64,000 nucleotides of DNA from Acidimicrobiia bacterium (GCA_038240075.1 JBBSEC010000005.1:4111-68110); one strand, 5' to 3'; shown: positions 1-10,224, counted from the first letter of the stretch. Notes: a model not told the origin generated them from the letters alone. Numbers and translations: made by a program.

Positions 1-574
1 TCTCGAACGTGCCCGGGTTCCCGGCCGCGACCCACATCGGCGGGTGCGGCTTCACGTAGGGCTTGGGCAGCACGTTGCGCTCGGGCATGTTGAAGAACCG
101 GCCGTCGAACTGGTACGTGCCCTCGCGCCACATCTTCTTGAACTCGACGATCACCTCGTCGTACATGTCTTTGGTGAGCTCGGGATCGGTGATGCCGAAG
201 CCGGCCTGCTCGGTGGTCGACGAGCCGCGACCGGTGCCGAACTCGAAGCGTCCGTTGCTCAGGTGGTCGAGCATCGCGACGCGCTCGGCGACGCGCGCCG
301 GATGGTTCACGGGCGGCGTCACGTTGATGATGCCGGAGCCGACGTGGATGTGCTCGGTGCGGGCGAGCACGTGCGGTGCGAGCACCTCGTTGGCCGAGAT
401 GTGCGAGTACTCCTTGAGGAAGTGGTGCTCGGTGAGCCACGCGTACTTCCAGTTGTGCTGGTCGCCGACGACGCAGAGGTCGGCCTCGCTCATCAGGCGC
501 GTGTGCTCCGCCTGCGGGTCGCTCGCGCTCATCGACGCGGGGATGTATCCCCCACAGAACAGTCCGAACTCCAT
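1..574 (-). CDS. LLM-class (luciferase-like) flavin-dependent monooxygenase; N-terminal part only, 3' end runs off the window
   Basis: Absent from the ORF track because there is no stop in the window. Translating the minus strand from ATG 574-572 gives MEFGLFCGGYIP...NVTPPVNHPARVAERVAMLDHLSNGRFEFGTGRGSSTTEQAGFGI. This is clearly paralogous to the complete gene at 3626-4759. Confidence 0.85.
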   Translation of the reverse strand, partial: MEFGLFCGGYIPASMSASDPQAEHTRLMSEADLCVVGDQHNWKYAWLTEHHFLKEYSHISANEVLAPHVLARTEHIHVGSGIINVTPPVNHPARVAERVAMLDHLSNGRFEFGTGRGSSTTEQAGFGITDPELTKDMYDEVIVEFKKMWREGTYQFDGRFFNMPERNVLPKPYVKPHPPMWVAAGNPGTFE

Positions 575-666
575 CCACGCTCCCTGCGTCGCTCAGAAAA
601 TGACGGCCAGAATTAGAACGTGTTTCATTTTACGGGAGAGATCGGGAGATGTCCACCCGTACCGCC

Positions 667-2421
667 TCACCGGCCGAGCTTGGCGCGGATCTCGGTCAGC
701 GCCTCGTACGGGAGCGCATCACGGCCCCGGGCGCTTCCGGCGAGCGGCACCGCGCGGTCGGTACCGACGGCGACGTCGATCGAGCGCAGCAGTGCGCGCA
801 ACGCCTGCGACGAGCACAACTGCGCCTGCTGCAGTTTGCCGACGAGCCGCGTGCCGTCGACGAGCAGGGCGATGCGCTCCTCGTCGTCGAGACCGGGCCC
901 GTCGGGCGCGCGGCGTTCGAGCGCGATCTCGAGCCGCGCGAACAGGTTGGTGAGCGCGTCGCCGAGACGGCTGGCGGCCGCGTCGTGCACCGGGTCGACG
1001 TGCGCATCGGTTCCGTTGGCCGCGGCTCCGACCAACGGCTGCGGCGCCTCGTGAACCTCGAACGGAACCTCGACCGGCTCGGCCACCGGTTCGACAACGG
1101 GTTCGGGAACGGGCGGCTCGACGACGGGTGCCGGAATCGGCTCGGCCCACGACTCCTCGGGCACGTCGACCGGACGCGGCGCGGCCGCCTGCTCCGCGAG
1201 GTGTGACCACGGCTGCCGTTGCGCTTCCTTCGCCTCCGCGACCGGCATCGGTGCGGGCACGTACGCGACCGTCGGCAGCGGCGCGAGCACGGTGTCGGGC
1301 GGCACCAGCACGTGCCACTGCGCCATGCCGTCGGCGACGGTGAGCCATACGAGCAGCCGGGACCGCCGGCCGGCCTGCACCGCGACCCGGAGCCCGAACG
1401 GGAGGTGACCAGGATCACGGTCGCGCAGCGCCTCCGCGACCTGCGCGAGCTCGTCGGCCCGCTTCCCGACGGGTGTGTCGACCACGAAGTGGTAGCCCTC
1501 TGGCTGCACCGATCCCCACACGATCACGCGGCTGTCGGCGCCGATGGCCGCGTCGATCACCTCTCCGAGCACGACGACGACGGCGTCGCTCGCGGTCTCG
1601 TCGACGAACGCCGCCTCGAGCTCCCCGATGCCGACGGCCGACGGCCGCAGCGTCGTCTGCGCGGCGGCGTTCAACACTTCCGATACCGGCGGCCCGGGAA
1701 CGTGCGGAGCTTCTGACTCTTCGTCCGGCGCCGACGCCAGGTCGGGAACGAGCGCGCGCAGTGAACCTTCGTCACGGTGCAACCCCGAGGCCAGCGACGC
1801 CAACGACGCGCCCGCGATCGTCACGCCCGACGTCGTCGCGAGCGTGACGTCGGGCGCGAGATCGATACCTTCGGCGAGGCGCGCACGCGCGCCGACGCGG
1901 TCGGCCGCGCCGGTGAGGAGCCGACCGAGATCGCGGTCGGCCCGCTGCGCGCGCTTCGCGTGATAGTGGACGAAGCGTTCGAGGTTCTCGAGCGCGCCGG
2001 CGACGCCCTCGAGCTCGGGCGGCGCGCTGATGCCGGTGACCGGAGCGGGCTCGGTGCCGGCCTCGATGTCGCGCAGTGCCATCGGCAGCCGCTCCGCCTG
2101 GAGCCGGTTCGCCGCGCGCGAGAGCTCGAACAGCGGACGTTGCAACGCCCGCACGCCGACGAGCGCGATCACCACGACGATCGCGACGGCGATCGCCACC
2201 GAGACCCACAACAGGCTCAACCAGCCGGTGACGTTGGTCGACGACCGCTGGCCGCCGTTGCGGAAACCCCAGACCGCGATCGTCGCGATGATGCCGAGCG
2301 CGACCAGGCAGGCCGCGCAGGCCGCGGCCACGGCGAGCACTCTCGGCCGTACCGCGCCGCGCATCGCACCTCTCCTCCGCCGCGGCCCGATGTCACGGGC
2401 CACGGATGCCGCCCCTGACAA
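667..2421 (-). CDS. Membrane protein with 2 TM helices, a HAMP-like linker, a degenerate histidine-kinase-ATPase-like region, a Pro/Val/Glu-rich spacer and an unknown C-terminal domain
   Basis: 584-aa ORF. TM helices are VLAVAAACAACLVALGIIATIAVWGF and WLSLLWVSVAIAVAIVVVIALVGV. VVVVLGEVIDAAIGADSRVIVWGSVQPEGYHFVVDTPVG resembles the HK N/G1 boxes but lacks the Asn and DxGxG. A PVVEPPVPEPVVEPVAEPVEVP spacer follows. An internal Met at 2364 is an alternative start. Confidence 0.7.
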   Translation of the reverse strand: MSGAASVARDIGPRRRRGAMRGAVRPRVLAVAAACAACLVALGIIATIAVWGFRNGGQRSSTNVTGWLSLLWVSVAIAVAIVVVIALVGVRALQRPLFELSRAANRLQAERLPMALRDIEAGTEPAPVTGISAPPELEGVAGALENLERFVHYHAKRAQRADRDLGRLLTGAADRVGARARLAEGIDLAPDVTLATTSGVTIAGASLASLASGLHRDEGSLRALVPDLASAPDEESEAPHVPGPPVSEVLNAAAQTTLRPSAVGIGELEAAFVDETASDAVVVVLGEVIDAAIGADSRVIVWGSVQPEGYHFVVDTPVGKRADELAQVAEALRDRDPGHLPFGLRVAVQAGRRSRLLVWLTVADGMAQWHVLVPPDTVLAPLPTVAYVPAPMPVAEAKEAQRQPWSHLAEQAAAPRPVDVPEESWAEPIPAPVVEPPVPEPVVEPVAEPVEVPFEVHEAPQPLVGAAANGTDAHVDPVHDAAASRLGDALTNLFARLEIALERRAPDGPGLDDEERIALLVDGTRLVGKLQQAQLCSSQALRALLRSIDVAVGTDRAVPLAGSARGRDALPYEALTEIRAKLGR

Positions 2422-2541
2422 GGCCGTTCCCGGTCACCAGGATACCGGGGAATACCGCACCGCGGTTCCCCGGCGACCGAGAGTGGTCACACGGCCCGCA
2501 ACGGCGACCAGCGGCGGGACCGCCCGGCTACGGTCCGCCCG

Positions 2542-3636
2542 ATGCGAGGAATCGTCCATGTCGGGGGCGGCGAGGTCGTCGTCACCGACGATCTGCAGGT
2601 CCGGGGCCCAGGGCCGACCGAGGTCACCGTGCGGCTGGTGGCCGCGGGCGTCTGCCACAGCGACCTCTCGGTGCTCGACGGCACGATCCCCTATCCGACG
2701 CCGGTCGTCTGCGGTCACGAGGGCGCGGGGGTCGTCGAGGAGGTCGGCGCCGAGGTGCGCGGCGTGGCGCCGGGCGACCATGTCGTCGTCTCGACGATCG
2801 CCAACTGCGGGCGCTGCCCCGCGTGCGCCGCGGGCTTCCCCACTCGGTGCCGGCAGTCGATCGGCAACATCTCGAAGCCGTTCACGTTTCGCGGCGAACC
2901 GGCCTACAACTTCGCGGCGACGTCGTCGTTCGCCGAGCGCATCGTCGTCGAGGCCGTGCAGGCGGTGCCGATCGCGCCCGAGGTGCCGTTCAACTCCGCG
3001 TGCCTCATCGCGTGCGGCGTGATCACCGGCATCGGCGCGGTGCTCAACCGGGCGCGCGTGAAGACGGGTGAGACCGCGGTCGTGTTCGGTGTCGGCGGGG
3101 TGGGCCTCAACGTCGTGCAGGCATTGCGACTCGTCGGCGCGTCGCGCATCGTCGCGGTCGACACCAACCCCGCGAAGGAAGCGCTCGCGCGCACCTTCGG
3201 CGCAACCGACTTCGTGGTCGGCGGACCCGACACGGCCGATGAAGTGCGCGCGATGTTTCCGGCCCCCGGTATCCACTTCGCGGGCGGCGTCGATTGGGCG
3301 TTCGAGTGCACCGGTGTTCCCGCAGTGCTCGGCACCGCGATCGAGACCCTCGACTGGGGTGGCACCGCGGTCGCGGTCGGAGTGCCCGCACCGGGCAAGG
3401 AGATCTCGACGGTGATCACGCGGCTCACGCAGATCGACCGCGGCGTCATCGGCTGCCGTTACGGAACCGCGCGTCCGCACGCCGACTTCCCGATGATCGC
3501 GTCGCTCTACCTCGACGGGCGCCTGCTGCTCGATGAGCTGGTGTCGCAGACCGCGCCGCTCGCCGAGTTCCCCACCATCGTCGACGCCATGCACGCCGGC
3601 CGCGTCGCGCGCGGCGTGCTGACCTTCAGCGAGTAG
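2542..3636 (+). CDS. Zinc-dependent alcohol dehydrogenase family oxidoreductase
   Basis: 364-aa ORF with ATG start. It has a CHSD...GHEGAGVV catalytic-zinc motif, a CGRCPAC structural-zinc motif and a GVGGVG Rossmann motif. Confidence 0.9.
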   Translation: MRGIVHVGGGEVVVTDDLQVRGPGPTEVTVRLVAAGVCHSDLSVLDGTIPYPTPVVCGHEGAGVVEEVGAEVRGVAPGDHVVVSTIANCGRCPACAAGFPTRCRQSIGNISKPFTFRGEPAYNFAATSSFAERIVVEAVQAVPIAPEVPFNSACLIACGVITGIGAVLNRARVKTGETAVVFGVGGVGLNVVQALRLVGASRIVAVDTNPAKEALARTFGATDFVVGGPDTADEVRAMFPAPGIHFAGGVDWAFECTGVPAVLGTAIETLDWGGTAVAVGVPAPGKEISTVITRLTQIDRGVIGCRYGTARPHADFPMIASLYLDGRLLLDELVSQTAPLAEFPTIVDAMHAGRVARGVLTFSE

Positions 3637-4759
3637 CCGGGCCGACCTGCGCCTCGCGCTGACGCGTGGTGCGGTGCACGGGATCGCGGTCGAACTCGGG
3701 CAGCACCTCGCGTCCGAACAGCTCGATGGTCTCGACCGCGATGTCGCGCGGCATCGTGCTCGACAACAGGCCGAACACGACCTGATCCGCGCCCGCGTCC
3801 TGAAATGCCTGCACCGACGGGATCACGTCGTCGGGTGTGCCGTACATCGACCCCGCGACCCCGATGCGCCCCGCGATGTCGGCACGCGTCGGCTCGGGAA
3901 TCAGCGCGGGCCACTCGGGAATGCCGTCGGGGCGCGGGAACGTGTCGAGGTACCTGAACAACAGGCTGTTCTGGTAGCTCATCGTGAGCGTCGGCCCGAT
4001 GTCGAGCACGCGCTCGCGATCCTCGAGGCAGAGCAGCTGCGTCGTGACCATCACGTTGTCGTTCACGTATCCGCCGACGGGATCGGCCGTCTTGATCGCC
4101 TCTTTGTACGAGTCGATCAGCGGCTTCAACGCCTCGGGGCCGGCCATCGTGAAGCACAACACGCCGAGCCCCATCTTCCCGGCCTTCTCGAACGTGCTCG
4201 GCGACCCCGCCGCGACCCACATCGGGGGGTGAGGCTTCGTGTACGGCTTCGGCAGCACGTTGCGCGCGGGCATTGCGAAGAAGCGACCGTCGTGCGAGTA
4301 CTCCGCATCCGCCCACATGTGCCGGAACTCGCCGACGACCTCGTCGAACATCTCCTTGGTCAGGTCGGGATCGTCGATGCCGAACCCCGCCTGCTCCGTC
4401 GTCGACGAGCCGCGACCCATGCCGAACTCGAAGCGGCCGTGGCTCAGGTGATCGAGCATCGCAACCTGCTCCGCGATGCGCGCCGGGTGGTTGACGGGCG
4501 GCGTGACATTGAAGATGCCCGAGCCGATGTGGATGTTGCTCGTACGCGCTGCGAGGTACCCGAGAAACACTTCGTTCGCCGACAGATGCGAGTACTCCGT
4601 CAAGAAGTGGTGTTGCGTACACCACGTGTACTTGAACCCGCAGCAATCGGCGGCGACCACCACCTCGACCTCGTCCATGAGGCGCTCGTGCTCGGCGCCG
4701 GGGTTGCCGTCGCTCAGCTGGTGGGGCACGTAGAGACTGTTGAACAGGCCGAACTCCAT
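3626..4759 (-). CDS. LLM-class (luciferase-like) flavin-dependent monooxygenase
   Basis: 377-aa ORF starting MEFGLFNSLYVP. It is TIM-barrel LLM-like throughout (NVTPPVNHPARIAEQVAMLDHLSHGRFEFGMGRGSS). Its 3' end overlaps the convergent ADH gene by 11 nt. Confidence 0.9.
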   Translation of the reverse strand: MEFGLFNSLYVPHQLSDGNPGAEHERLMDEVEVVVAADCCGFKYTWCTQHHFLTEYSHLSANEVFLGYLAARTSNIHIGSGIFNVTPPVNHPARIAEQVAMLDHLSHGRFEFGMGRGSSTTEQAGFGIDDPDLTKEMFDEVVGEFRHMWADAEYSHDGRFFAMPARNVLPKPYTKPHPPMWVAAGSPSTFEKAGKMGLGVLCFTMAGPEALKPLIDSYKEAIKTADPVGGYVNDNVMVTTQLLCLEDRERVLDIGPTLTMSYQNSLLFRYLDTFPRPDGIPEWPALIPEPTRADIAGRIGVAGSMYGTPDDVIPSVQAFQDAGADQVVFGLLSSTMPRDIAVETIELFGREVLPEFDRDPVHRTTRQREAQVGPATR

Positions 4760-4807
4760 CGGCCGGGGACACTACGCGACGCTGCTTGCTCACCTATATT
4801 CGACGGC

Positions 4808-5569
4808 GTGAGGGGGCGGATCGCAGTGACGCTGTGCGCGGCGATCGCAGTCACCTCTCTCGCCGTGGCACAGACGGGACACGCCGACGGCGGTGGCGCG
4901 GCGATCGTGGCGCGGCGGTCGTTCACGAGCCCCTTCGAGTCGTGGGCCGACTTCGCCGGCATGTACATCACACCGCAAACCGCGTCGACCAAGCACGCGC
5001 TCGTGACGTCGCCGCGTCACCAGGGTGAGAAGGCCCATTGCGGATGGCTGACCGGTCCCGGAACCGTGGCCGACGTCGACGGTCCCAACCATCGCGGCTA
5101 TCCGACCGTGCAGTTGTGGCGACTCCCCGGCGGCGGTTTCGCGACGCCGGCCGTCGTCGACCTCTGGGTGTGGGCCGACGTGTCGATGGGCTTTGGCCAG
5201 TGGGTCAGCCTCGCGACCCTCTCGGCCGACGCGTCCGACGGCTGGACGCGCGTCGTCACGGTGAACCTCGATCCCGGCGGCTGGATCGACGTGTTCCACG
5301 TGCCCAACCAGGGTCAACATCTCCCTGACATCGAGACGCACCGTCGGTTCCCGCTGCGGAAGTGGGTGCACCTGAAGATCACGATCGATTTCGATCCGGA
5401 TCACGGCTTCATCGAGGTGTTGCAGAACGGCGAGCTGGTGGCCCGAGCCAAGGTGAACGGGGGTCACGGGGTTCTCGAGCAGGCTCACTTCGGCATGTAC
5501 GCGATCCCGTCGCTCACCACCGGCAAGGTCTGCAACGACGACCTGAGGATCACCGCCGCTCGGACGTGA
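4808..5569 (+). CDS. Secreted protein, possibly a concanavalin-like/polysaccharide-lyase-like fold
   Basis: This is the sensible C-terminal part of the 3674-5569 ORF. GTG 4808 gives a signal peptide [26 protein letters not shown]. The tail ...[32 protein letters not shown]...HFGMYA recalls PF14099-type proteins; this is from memory and the functional call is weak. Confidence 0.65.
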   Translation: MRGRIAVTLCAAIAVTSLAVAQTGHADGGGAAIVARRSFTSPFESWADFAGMYITPQTASTKHALVTSPRHQGEKAHCGWLTGPGTVADVDGPNHRGYPTVQLWRLPGGGFATPAVVDLWVWADVSMGFGQWVSLATLSADASDGWTRVVTVNLDPGGWIDVFHVPNQGQHLPDIETHRRFPLRKWVHLKITIDFDPDHGFIEVLQNGELVARAKVNGGHGVLEQAHFGMYAIPSLTTGKVCNDDLRITAART

Positions 5570-6812
5570 GCGCGACGCGCACGGAGAGCTTCCTGATCCC
5601 GGTGTGCTTGTTGCTGCGGGTCCACTCGGGTGCGCCCTCGAGCTCAATGGTCTCGAAGCGCTCGATCACCTCGCCGAGCACGACGCGCAGCTCGAGCCGG
5701 GCGAGGCTGGAGCCGAGGCAGTGGTGCACACCGTTGCCGAACCCGAGGTGGGGGTTCGGGTCGCGCGCCGCGTCGAAGCGCATCGACTCGGCAAAGACCC
5801 GTTCGTCGCGGTTCGCCGACGCCTCCCAGAACACGACCTTGTCGCCGGCGGCGATGGGTTGGTTCCCGAGCACGGTGTCGGTCGTCGCCGTGCGGCGGTT
5901 GTACGCGGCGGGGCTCGTCCAGCGCACGATCTCCTCGGTCGCGCGCTCGAGCGCGACCCGGCCGGAACGCACGGCCGCGAGCTGATCGGGATGGCTCACG
6001 AACGCGAGCAGGCCACCGGCGACCGCGTTGCGGGTGGTGTCGGCACCGGCCGCGAAGAGCAGGCTGAAGAAGAGCTGCAACTCCTCGTCGGTGAGGGACG
6101 GCGGGTCTTCACCGGGCAGCGTCGCGTGCACGACGACCGACAGCATGTCGTCCTTGGGCTCGCGTCGCTTGCGGGCAATGAGCTCGGCGCCGTACTCGTA
6201 CATCTTCAGACCCGACTGCGCGACGTGCTCGTTGCTCTCGAACGCCTCTCGACCGCGGAAGTCGAACGAGGTCTCGACCCATTCGAACAGCGCGTGACGG
6301 TCGGTTTCGGGAACGCCGAGCAGGAGACAGATCGCCTGCATCGGCAGCTCGCCCGCGACACCCGCGACGAAGTCGCCGCCGCCCGTCGCCGCGAACGCGT
6401 CGAGCAGCCGCCGTGTCCGAGCCCGCAGATCGTCTTCGAGCCGGCCGATCGTGCGCGGGGTGAGGCCGCGGCTGACGAGCGCCCGCACGCGCTGGTGGCG
6501 CGGGTCGTCCATCATGTTGAGGACCTTCCCCGCGATCGGCGAGTCGGGAAGGATCGTGCCGCCGTAGGGCCGCGCGCCACCCGTCTCCGACGAGTAGGTG
6601 CGCGCGTCGCGCATCACCGTCACCGCCTCCGCGTGCGTCGCGACCGACCAGAACCCTTCGTGATCGGGTGAGTGCACGGTCGGCTCGTGCCAATACACGG
6701 GCGCAACTGCACGATGACGCACGAACACATCGTGCGGAAACCCGTCGGCGAAGAGATCGAGATCGGTGAGATCGATGCCGCGCAGTTCGTCACCGGACGG
6801 GTCGCCGCTCAC
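5550..6812 (-). CDS. Cytochrome P450
   Basis: Heme-thiolate motif [14 protein letters not shown] and an EXXR-type region are present. I place the start at GTG 6812-6810, which overlaps the gatD stop TGA 6811-6809 by 4 nt. The ORF-track start at 6911 would overlap gatD by about 100 nt. Confidence 0.88.
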   Translation of the reverse strand: MSGDPSGDELRGIDLTDLDLFADGFPHDVFVRHRAVAPVYWHEPTVHSPDHEGFWSVATHAEAVTVMRDARTYSSETGGARPYGGTILPDSPIAGKVLNMMDDPRHQRVRALVSRGLTPRTIGRLEDDLRARTRRLLDAFAATGGGDFVAGVAGELPMQAICLLLGVPETDRHALFEWVETSFDFRGREAFESNEHVAQSGLKMYEYGAELIARKRREPKDDMLSVVVHATLPGEDPPSLTDEELQLFFSLLFAAGADTTRNAVAGGLLAFVSHPDQLAAVRSGRVALERATEEIVRWTSPAAYNRRTATTDTVLGNQPIAAGDKVVFWEASANRDERVFAESMRFDAARDPNPHLGFGNGVHHCLGSSLARLELRVVLGEVIERFETIELEGAPEWTRSNKHTGIRKLSVRVALTSERR

Positions 6813-7537
6813 GAACGGGACGCGCTCCCCCGCGCCGCGGTGAGACGCTCCGCGCGCAGGCGGTCGACTTCCGGCATCGGAAGCGGATCGAGGGTCTCGC
6901 CGACCGCCCACGAAAGGAGGAGGTCGGCGAGCGCGGGGTTCCGCACGAGCACGGGACCGTGCATGTAGGTGCCGACGACGCGGCCGGAGATCGCGCCTTC
7001 GGTTCCCGAGCCGTCGCCGTTGCCGATGCCCAGCTCGAGCCGGCCGAGGGCATCGAGATCCGGGCCCAGCCAGGTGCCGCCGCCGTGGTTCTCGAACCCG
7101 GTCAGGGCCGGGAGCCCGAGCTCGGTCCGTGGTTCCGAGCAGACCTCGCCGACGGCGCGCGCGCCGGCGTGACGCGCGCTGCGGCAGTCGAGGACACCGA
7201 AGCCCTCGACCGTCTCACCGGTTCCCGTCTCGAACGACGTGCCGAGCAGTTGGAAGCCCGCGCACACACCGAGCACGACCGCGCCCTTGGCGACCGCGCC
7301 GTGCAGCGCGGTGCGGAGCTGCGCGTCGGCCGCGACCGACGACTGCGCGCCGTCTTCGCCGCCGCCGAGGAGATACACGTCCGCGTCGGCGGGCACCGCT
7401 CCGCGATCGAGATCGAGCACGCGCGCGGTGATGCCCCTCCGGCGGAGCCGTTCGGCGAGCACGATCGCGTTCCCGCGGTCGCCGTAGGTGCCGAGCAAGC
7501 CCGGCCGGATGAGCGCGATCGCGATCTCAGGTGACAT
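6809..7537 (-). CDS. gatD: Lipid II isoglutaminyl synthase, glutaminase subunit GatD (CobB/CobQ-type glutamine amidotransferase)
   Basis: [23 protein letters not shown]..., nucleophile VCAGFQLLG and [12 protein letters not shown] 7537 overlaps the murT stop (7527-7529) by 11 nt. Confidence 0.88.
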   Translation of the reverse strand: MSPEIAIALIRPGLLGTYGDRGNAIVLAERLRRRGITARVLDLDRGAVPADADVYLLGGGEDGAQSSVAADAQLRTALHGAVAKGAVVLGVCAGFQLLGTSFETGTGETVEGFGVLDCRSARHAGARAVGEVCSEPRTELGLPALTGFENHGGGTWLGPDLDALGRLELGIGNGDGSGTEGAISGRVVGTYMHGPVLVRNPALADLLLSWAVGETLDPLPMPEVDRLRAERLTAARGSASRS

Positions 7538-8792
7538 GGCCGAACCGGCGTCGGAGATCCTGGAACGCGCTGTAGTTCGCGATGACGTCGACGACGGGCC
7601 AGCGCAGGCCGTCGAGTACCGCGTCGACGTCGGCGCCCCATTCGTGCGCAATCCCCGCGTAGTCGAGCCGCACCGCGAGGTCGGACGCGCGGTCGCCGGT
7701 GCAGATGACGGGGCGGTCGCCGAGCTCTTCGAACGGCACATCCCAGATCCACGACGGATCGTGACCGTCGGGATCACGCGCGTTGAGCACCAGCACCACC
7801 GGTGCGGGCGGCGGCGGGATGAAGCGCAGCGTCTCCTGCCAGCTCGCCGGATTCTTGGCGAGCAGAAGCCTCACCGCCGACGTGCCGATCGTGACGGTGC
7901 GGTACCGGCCCGCGACACCTTGGACACCGACGGCGGCCGCGACCGCGGCCTTCGGCTCGACGCCGAATCGTTGCGCTGTCATCGTGGCGATCGCGACGTT
8001 GGCGCGGTTGCGCTCGCCCGGAAGCGCGGGGTCGACCTCGAGCTCGGTGCCGTCGGCGAAGACGAGCCGGTTGCCGACGAGTCGGACGTCGGGCTGCGGA
8101 CGCGCGAAGTCGCAGCCCGTGCACGCCCAACCATCTTCTTCACTCCGCGCGAAGTCGACGACCGACTGGCACGCCGGGCACGCGATCGCGTCTTCCGTCC
8201 ACGGCTGCCCGACCGCGACCCACGTGATGACGTCGGCCGGCTGCGCGGCCCAGACGACGAGCGGATCATCGGCGTTGGCGACGACCGCGATCTTCGGGTG
8301 CGCGGCGACGCACTCCCGCCACCGCTGCGCGATCATGCGCGTCTCGTTGAGCCGGCTGAGCTGATCACGCGAGAGATTGAGGAACGCGACCGTTTCCGGC
8401 GTGAGCATCTCGAACGCCCACGGAATGAAGTTCTCGTCGACCTCGATCGCGCCGAGCGGCGCGTCGCGCTGCTCGAGCAACGCGGCGACGACGCCGTCGG
8501 CAACGTTCGCGCCGGTGCGGTTCGTCACCACCTCGCCGCGCGTCGCGAGCGCGGCGGCGAGCATCGCAGTCGTGGTGGTCTTGCCGTTGGTGCCACTCAC
8601 CAGCGCGAAGCGTCGGCCCGCCGCGAGGAGCCGGGCGGCGTCGGGCGCGACGGCGAGACACGTCTTGCCACTGATGACCCACCCCTCGCCCCGGCCGAGC
8701 CGGCGGGACGCGAGCCCGGCGAGGCGACCCGCGGCGACCCCGGCCGACAGCCGGAGGCGCGCGATCGGCTGCCGCGTCGTTGCGTTGGCCAC
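7527..8792 (-). CDS. murT: Lipid II isoglutaminyl synthase, Mur-ligase-like subunit MurT
   Basis: 421 aa with GTG start. It has a P-loop SGTNGKTTT, a Cys4 ribbon CPAC...CTGC and a DUF1727-like C-terminus. The pairing with gatD is canonical. Confidence 0.9.
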   Translation of the reverse strand: MANATTRQPIARLRLSAGVAAGRLAGLASRRLGRGEGWVISGKTCLAVAPDAARLLAAGRRFALVSGTNGKTTTTAMLAAALATRGEVVTNRTGANVADGVVAALLEQRDAPLGAIEVDENFIPWAFEMLTPETVAFLNLSRDQLSRLNETRMIAQRWRECVAAHPKIAVVANADDPLVVWAAQPADVITWVAVGQPWTEDAIACPACQSVVDFARSEEDGWACTGCDFARPQPDVRLVGNRLVFADGTELEVDPALPGERNRANVAIATMTAQRFGVEPKAAVAAAVGVQGVAGRYRTVTIGTSAVRLLLAKNPASWQETLRFIPPPPAPVVLVLNARDPDGHDPSWIWDVPFEELGDRPVICTGDRASDLAVRLDYAGIAHEWGADVDAVLDGLRWPVVDVIANYSAFQDLRRRFGHVT

Positions 8793-8838
8793 GCATGCTC
8801 CTGGGTACTGGGCGGTCGGTACTCGGCGATCTGGGCGA

Positions 8839-8895
8839 TCTGATCGGGTTCGGTGACGTTATCGGTGACGTGAGCGGTCACCGATTTCGATCAGA
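8839..8895. repeat. Nested palindromic element, copy 1 (divergent murT/permease intergenic region)
   Basis: TCTGATCGggtTCGGTGACGTTatcGGTGACgtgagcGGTCACCgattTCGATCAGA. The outer 8-bp arms are TCTGATCG/CGATCAGA and the inner arms GGTGAC/GTCACC. It is preceded by tandem GGCGATCTG x2 (8825-8842). Confidence 0.7.
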
Positions 8896-8925
8896 ACGCC
8901 GTAGATCCGGGACGAACGGGGAACA

Positions 8926-10224
8926 ATGCGAGCCGTGGCCGGCATCGTGAGCTTCGTCCTGCTCGGCCTCGTGATCGTGCTGGTGACGCTGCGGCCGAGC
9001 GGCCGAGCGGAAGTGGTCGTGGCGTTGCCCGCGGCGCTGATCGTGGTGATCGCCCGGCTGGCGCCGTGGGCGGCCGTGCGGCACGAGCTGCGCTTCCTGG
9101 CCCCGACGCTCGTGTTCCTCGCCGCGGTGTTCGTGATCGCCGAGGTCGCCGCGGCCGCCGGGGTGTTCGACGCCGCGGGCCGGGTCGTCGGCCGCCTGTC
9201 GGGCAGCTCACCCAGGCGCCTGGTGCTCGTGGTCGCGGTGGCGGCGGCGGTCACGACGACGGTGTTGAGCCTCGACGCCACGGCCGTGCTGCTCACGCCG
9301 GTCGTGCTGCGCGTCGCGCGCTCGCGCCGCGTCGATTCCGACGCCGCGCTGCTCACGACGACACAGCTGGCCAACGGCGGCTCGCTGCTGCTCCCGGTGT
9401 CGAACCTCACGAACCTCATCGTCTTCCCGCTGACCGGTCTGACGTTCGCCGGGTTCGCCGTGCGCATGGTGCTTCCGCTCGCGGCGGCGGTCGGCGTCAT
9501 CACCGCGGTCCTCGCGCTGCGCGTGCGCGGCGACGCGCCCGTGGTGCACGATCGCCCGAGCGCGCCGCAAACAGTGATCGAATCGAACACGTACGAGGTT
9601 GCGGACGCGACCCTCGACGGGTTCGGCCGCGCGGTCTCGCTCGGCCTGGTCGCGCTCCTCGTCGCGTTCTTCGTCGGCTCTCTCGTCGACATCGCACCCT
9701 CGGCGATCGCCGCCGCGGGCGCGACGGTGCTCGCGATCGCGGCGCTGGTTCAACGGCGCACGACCCCGACCGCGCTGGTGCGCGCCGCGTCACCCGGGTT
9801 CATCGTCTTCGTCGGCGCGCTCGGCGTCGTGGTCACCGCGGCGACGCGGCACGGCCTCGCGCACGCCGTCGGCAACGCGCTCCCTGCGGGCAGCGGGTTC
9901 GACTCGCTTCTCGGTGTCGCCGTCGTCGCTGCGCTCCTCGCGAACGCAGTGAACAACCTGCCCGCGACGCTCGTGTTGCTGAGCGCGCTGCCGGCCGGCG
10001 CGGCCGCGCCGCTGCTCGCCGCGCTCATCGGCGTCAACGTCGGACCCAACCTCACCTACACCGGCTCGCTCGCAACGCTGTTGTGGCGCAAGAGCGTCCG
10101 CGCGGAGGGCGCCGAGCCGTCGCGGCGCGCGTTCTTCACCGCGGCGGTGCTCACCACACCGCTCGCGCTGTTCACCGCGGTCTGCGGCCTCTGGATCGTG
10201 CTCCGCCTCCTCGGCCCCGGCTAA
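8926..10224 (+). CDS. ArsB/NhaD-superfamily permease (arsenical-pump-like / anion transporter)
   Basis: 432 aa, polytopic and hydrophobic throughout. LLLPVSNLTNLIVF resembles the ArsB SNxxNL motif. Substrate unknown. Confidence 0.8.
   Translation: MRAVAGIVSFVLLGLVIVLVTLRPSGRAEVVVALPAALIVVIARLAPWAAVRHELRFLAPTLVFLAAVFVIAEVAAAAGVFDAAGRVVGRLSGSSPRRLVLVVAVAAAVTTTVLSLDATAVLLTPVVLRVARSRRVDSDAALLTTTQLANGGSLLLPVSNLTNLIVFPLTGLTFAGFAVRMVLPLAAAVGVITAVLALRVRGDAPVVHDRPSAPQTVIESNTYEVADATLDGFGRAVSLGLVALLVAFFVGSLVDIAPSAIAAAGATVLAIAALVQRRTTPTALVRAASPGFIVFVGALGVVVTAATRHGLAHAVGNALPAGSGFDSLLGVAVVAALLANAVNNLPATLVLLSALPAGAAAPLLAALIGVNVGPNLTYTGSLATLLWRKSVRAEGAEPSRRAFFTAAVLTTPLALFTAVCGLWIVLRLLGPG

Noticed and set aside
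1040-1140. Imperfect short DNA repeats (…ggttcgacaacgggttcgggaacgggcggctcgacgac…) considered as a possible non-coding repeat array.
   Set aside because: They lie inside the 667-2421 CDS and encode the (P-V-E)n low-complexity spacer. This is coding low complexity rather than a separate element.
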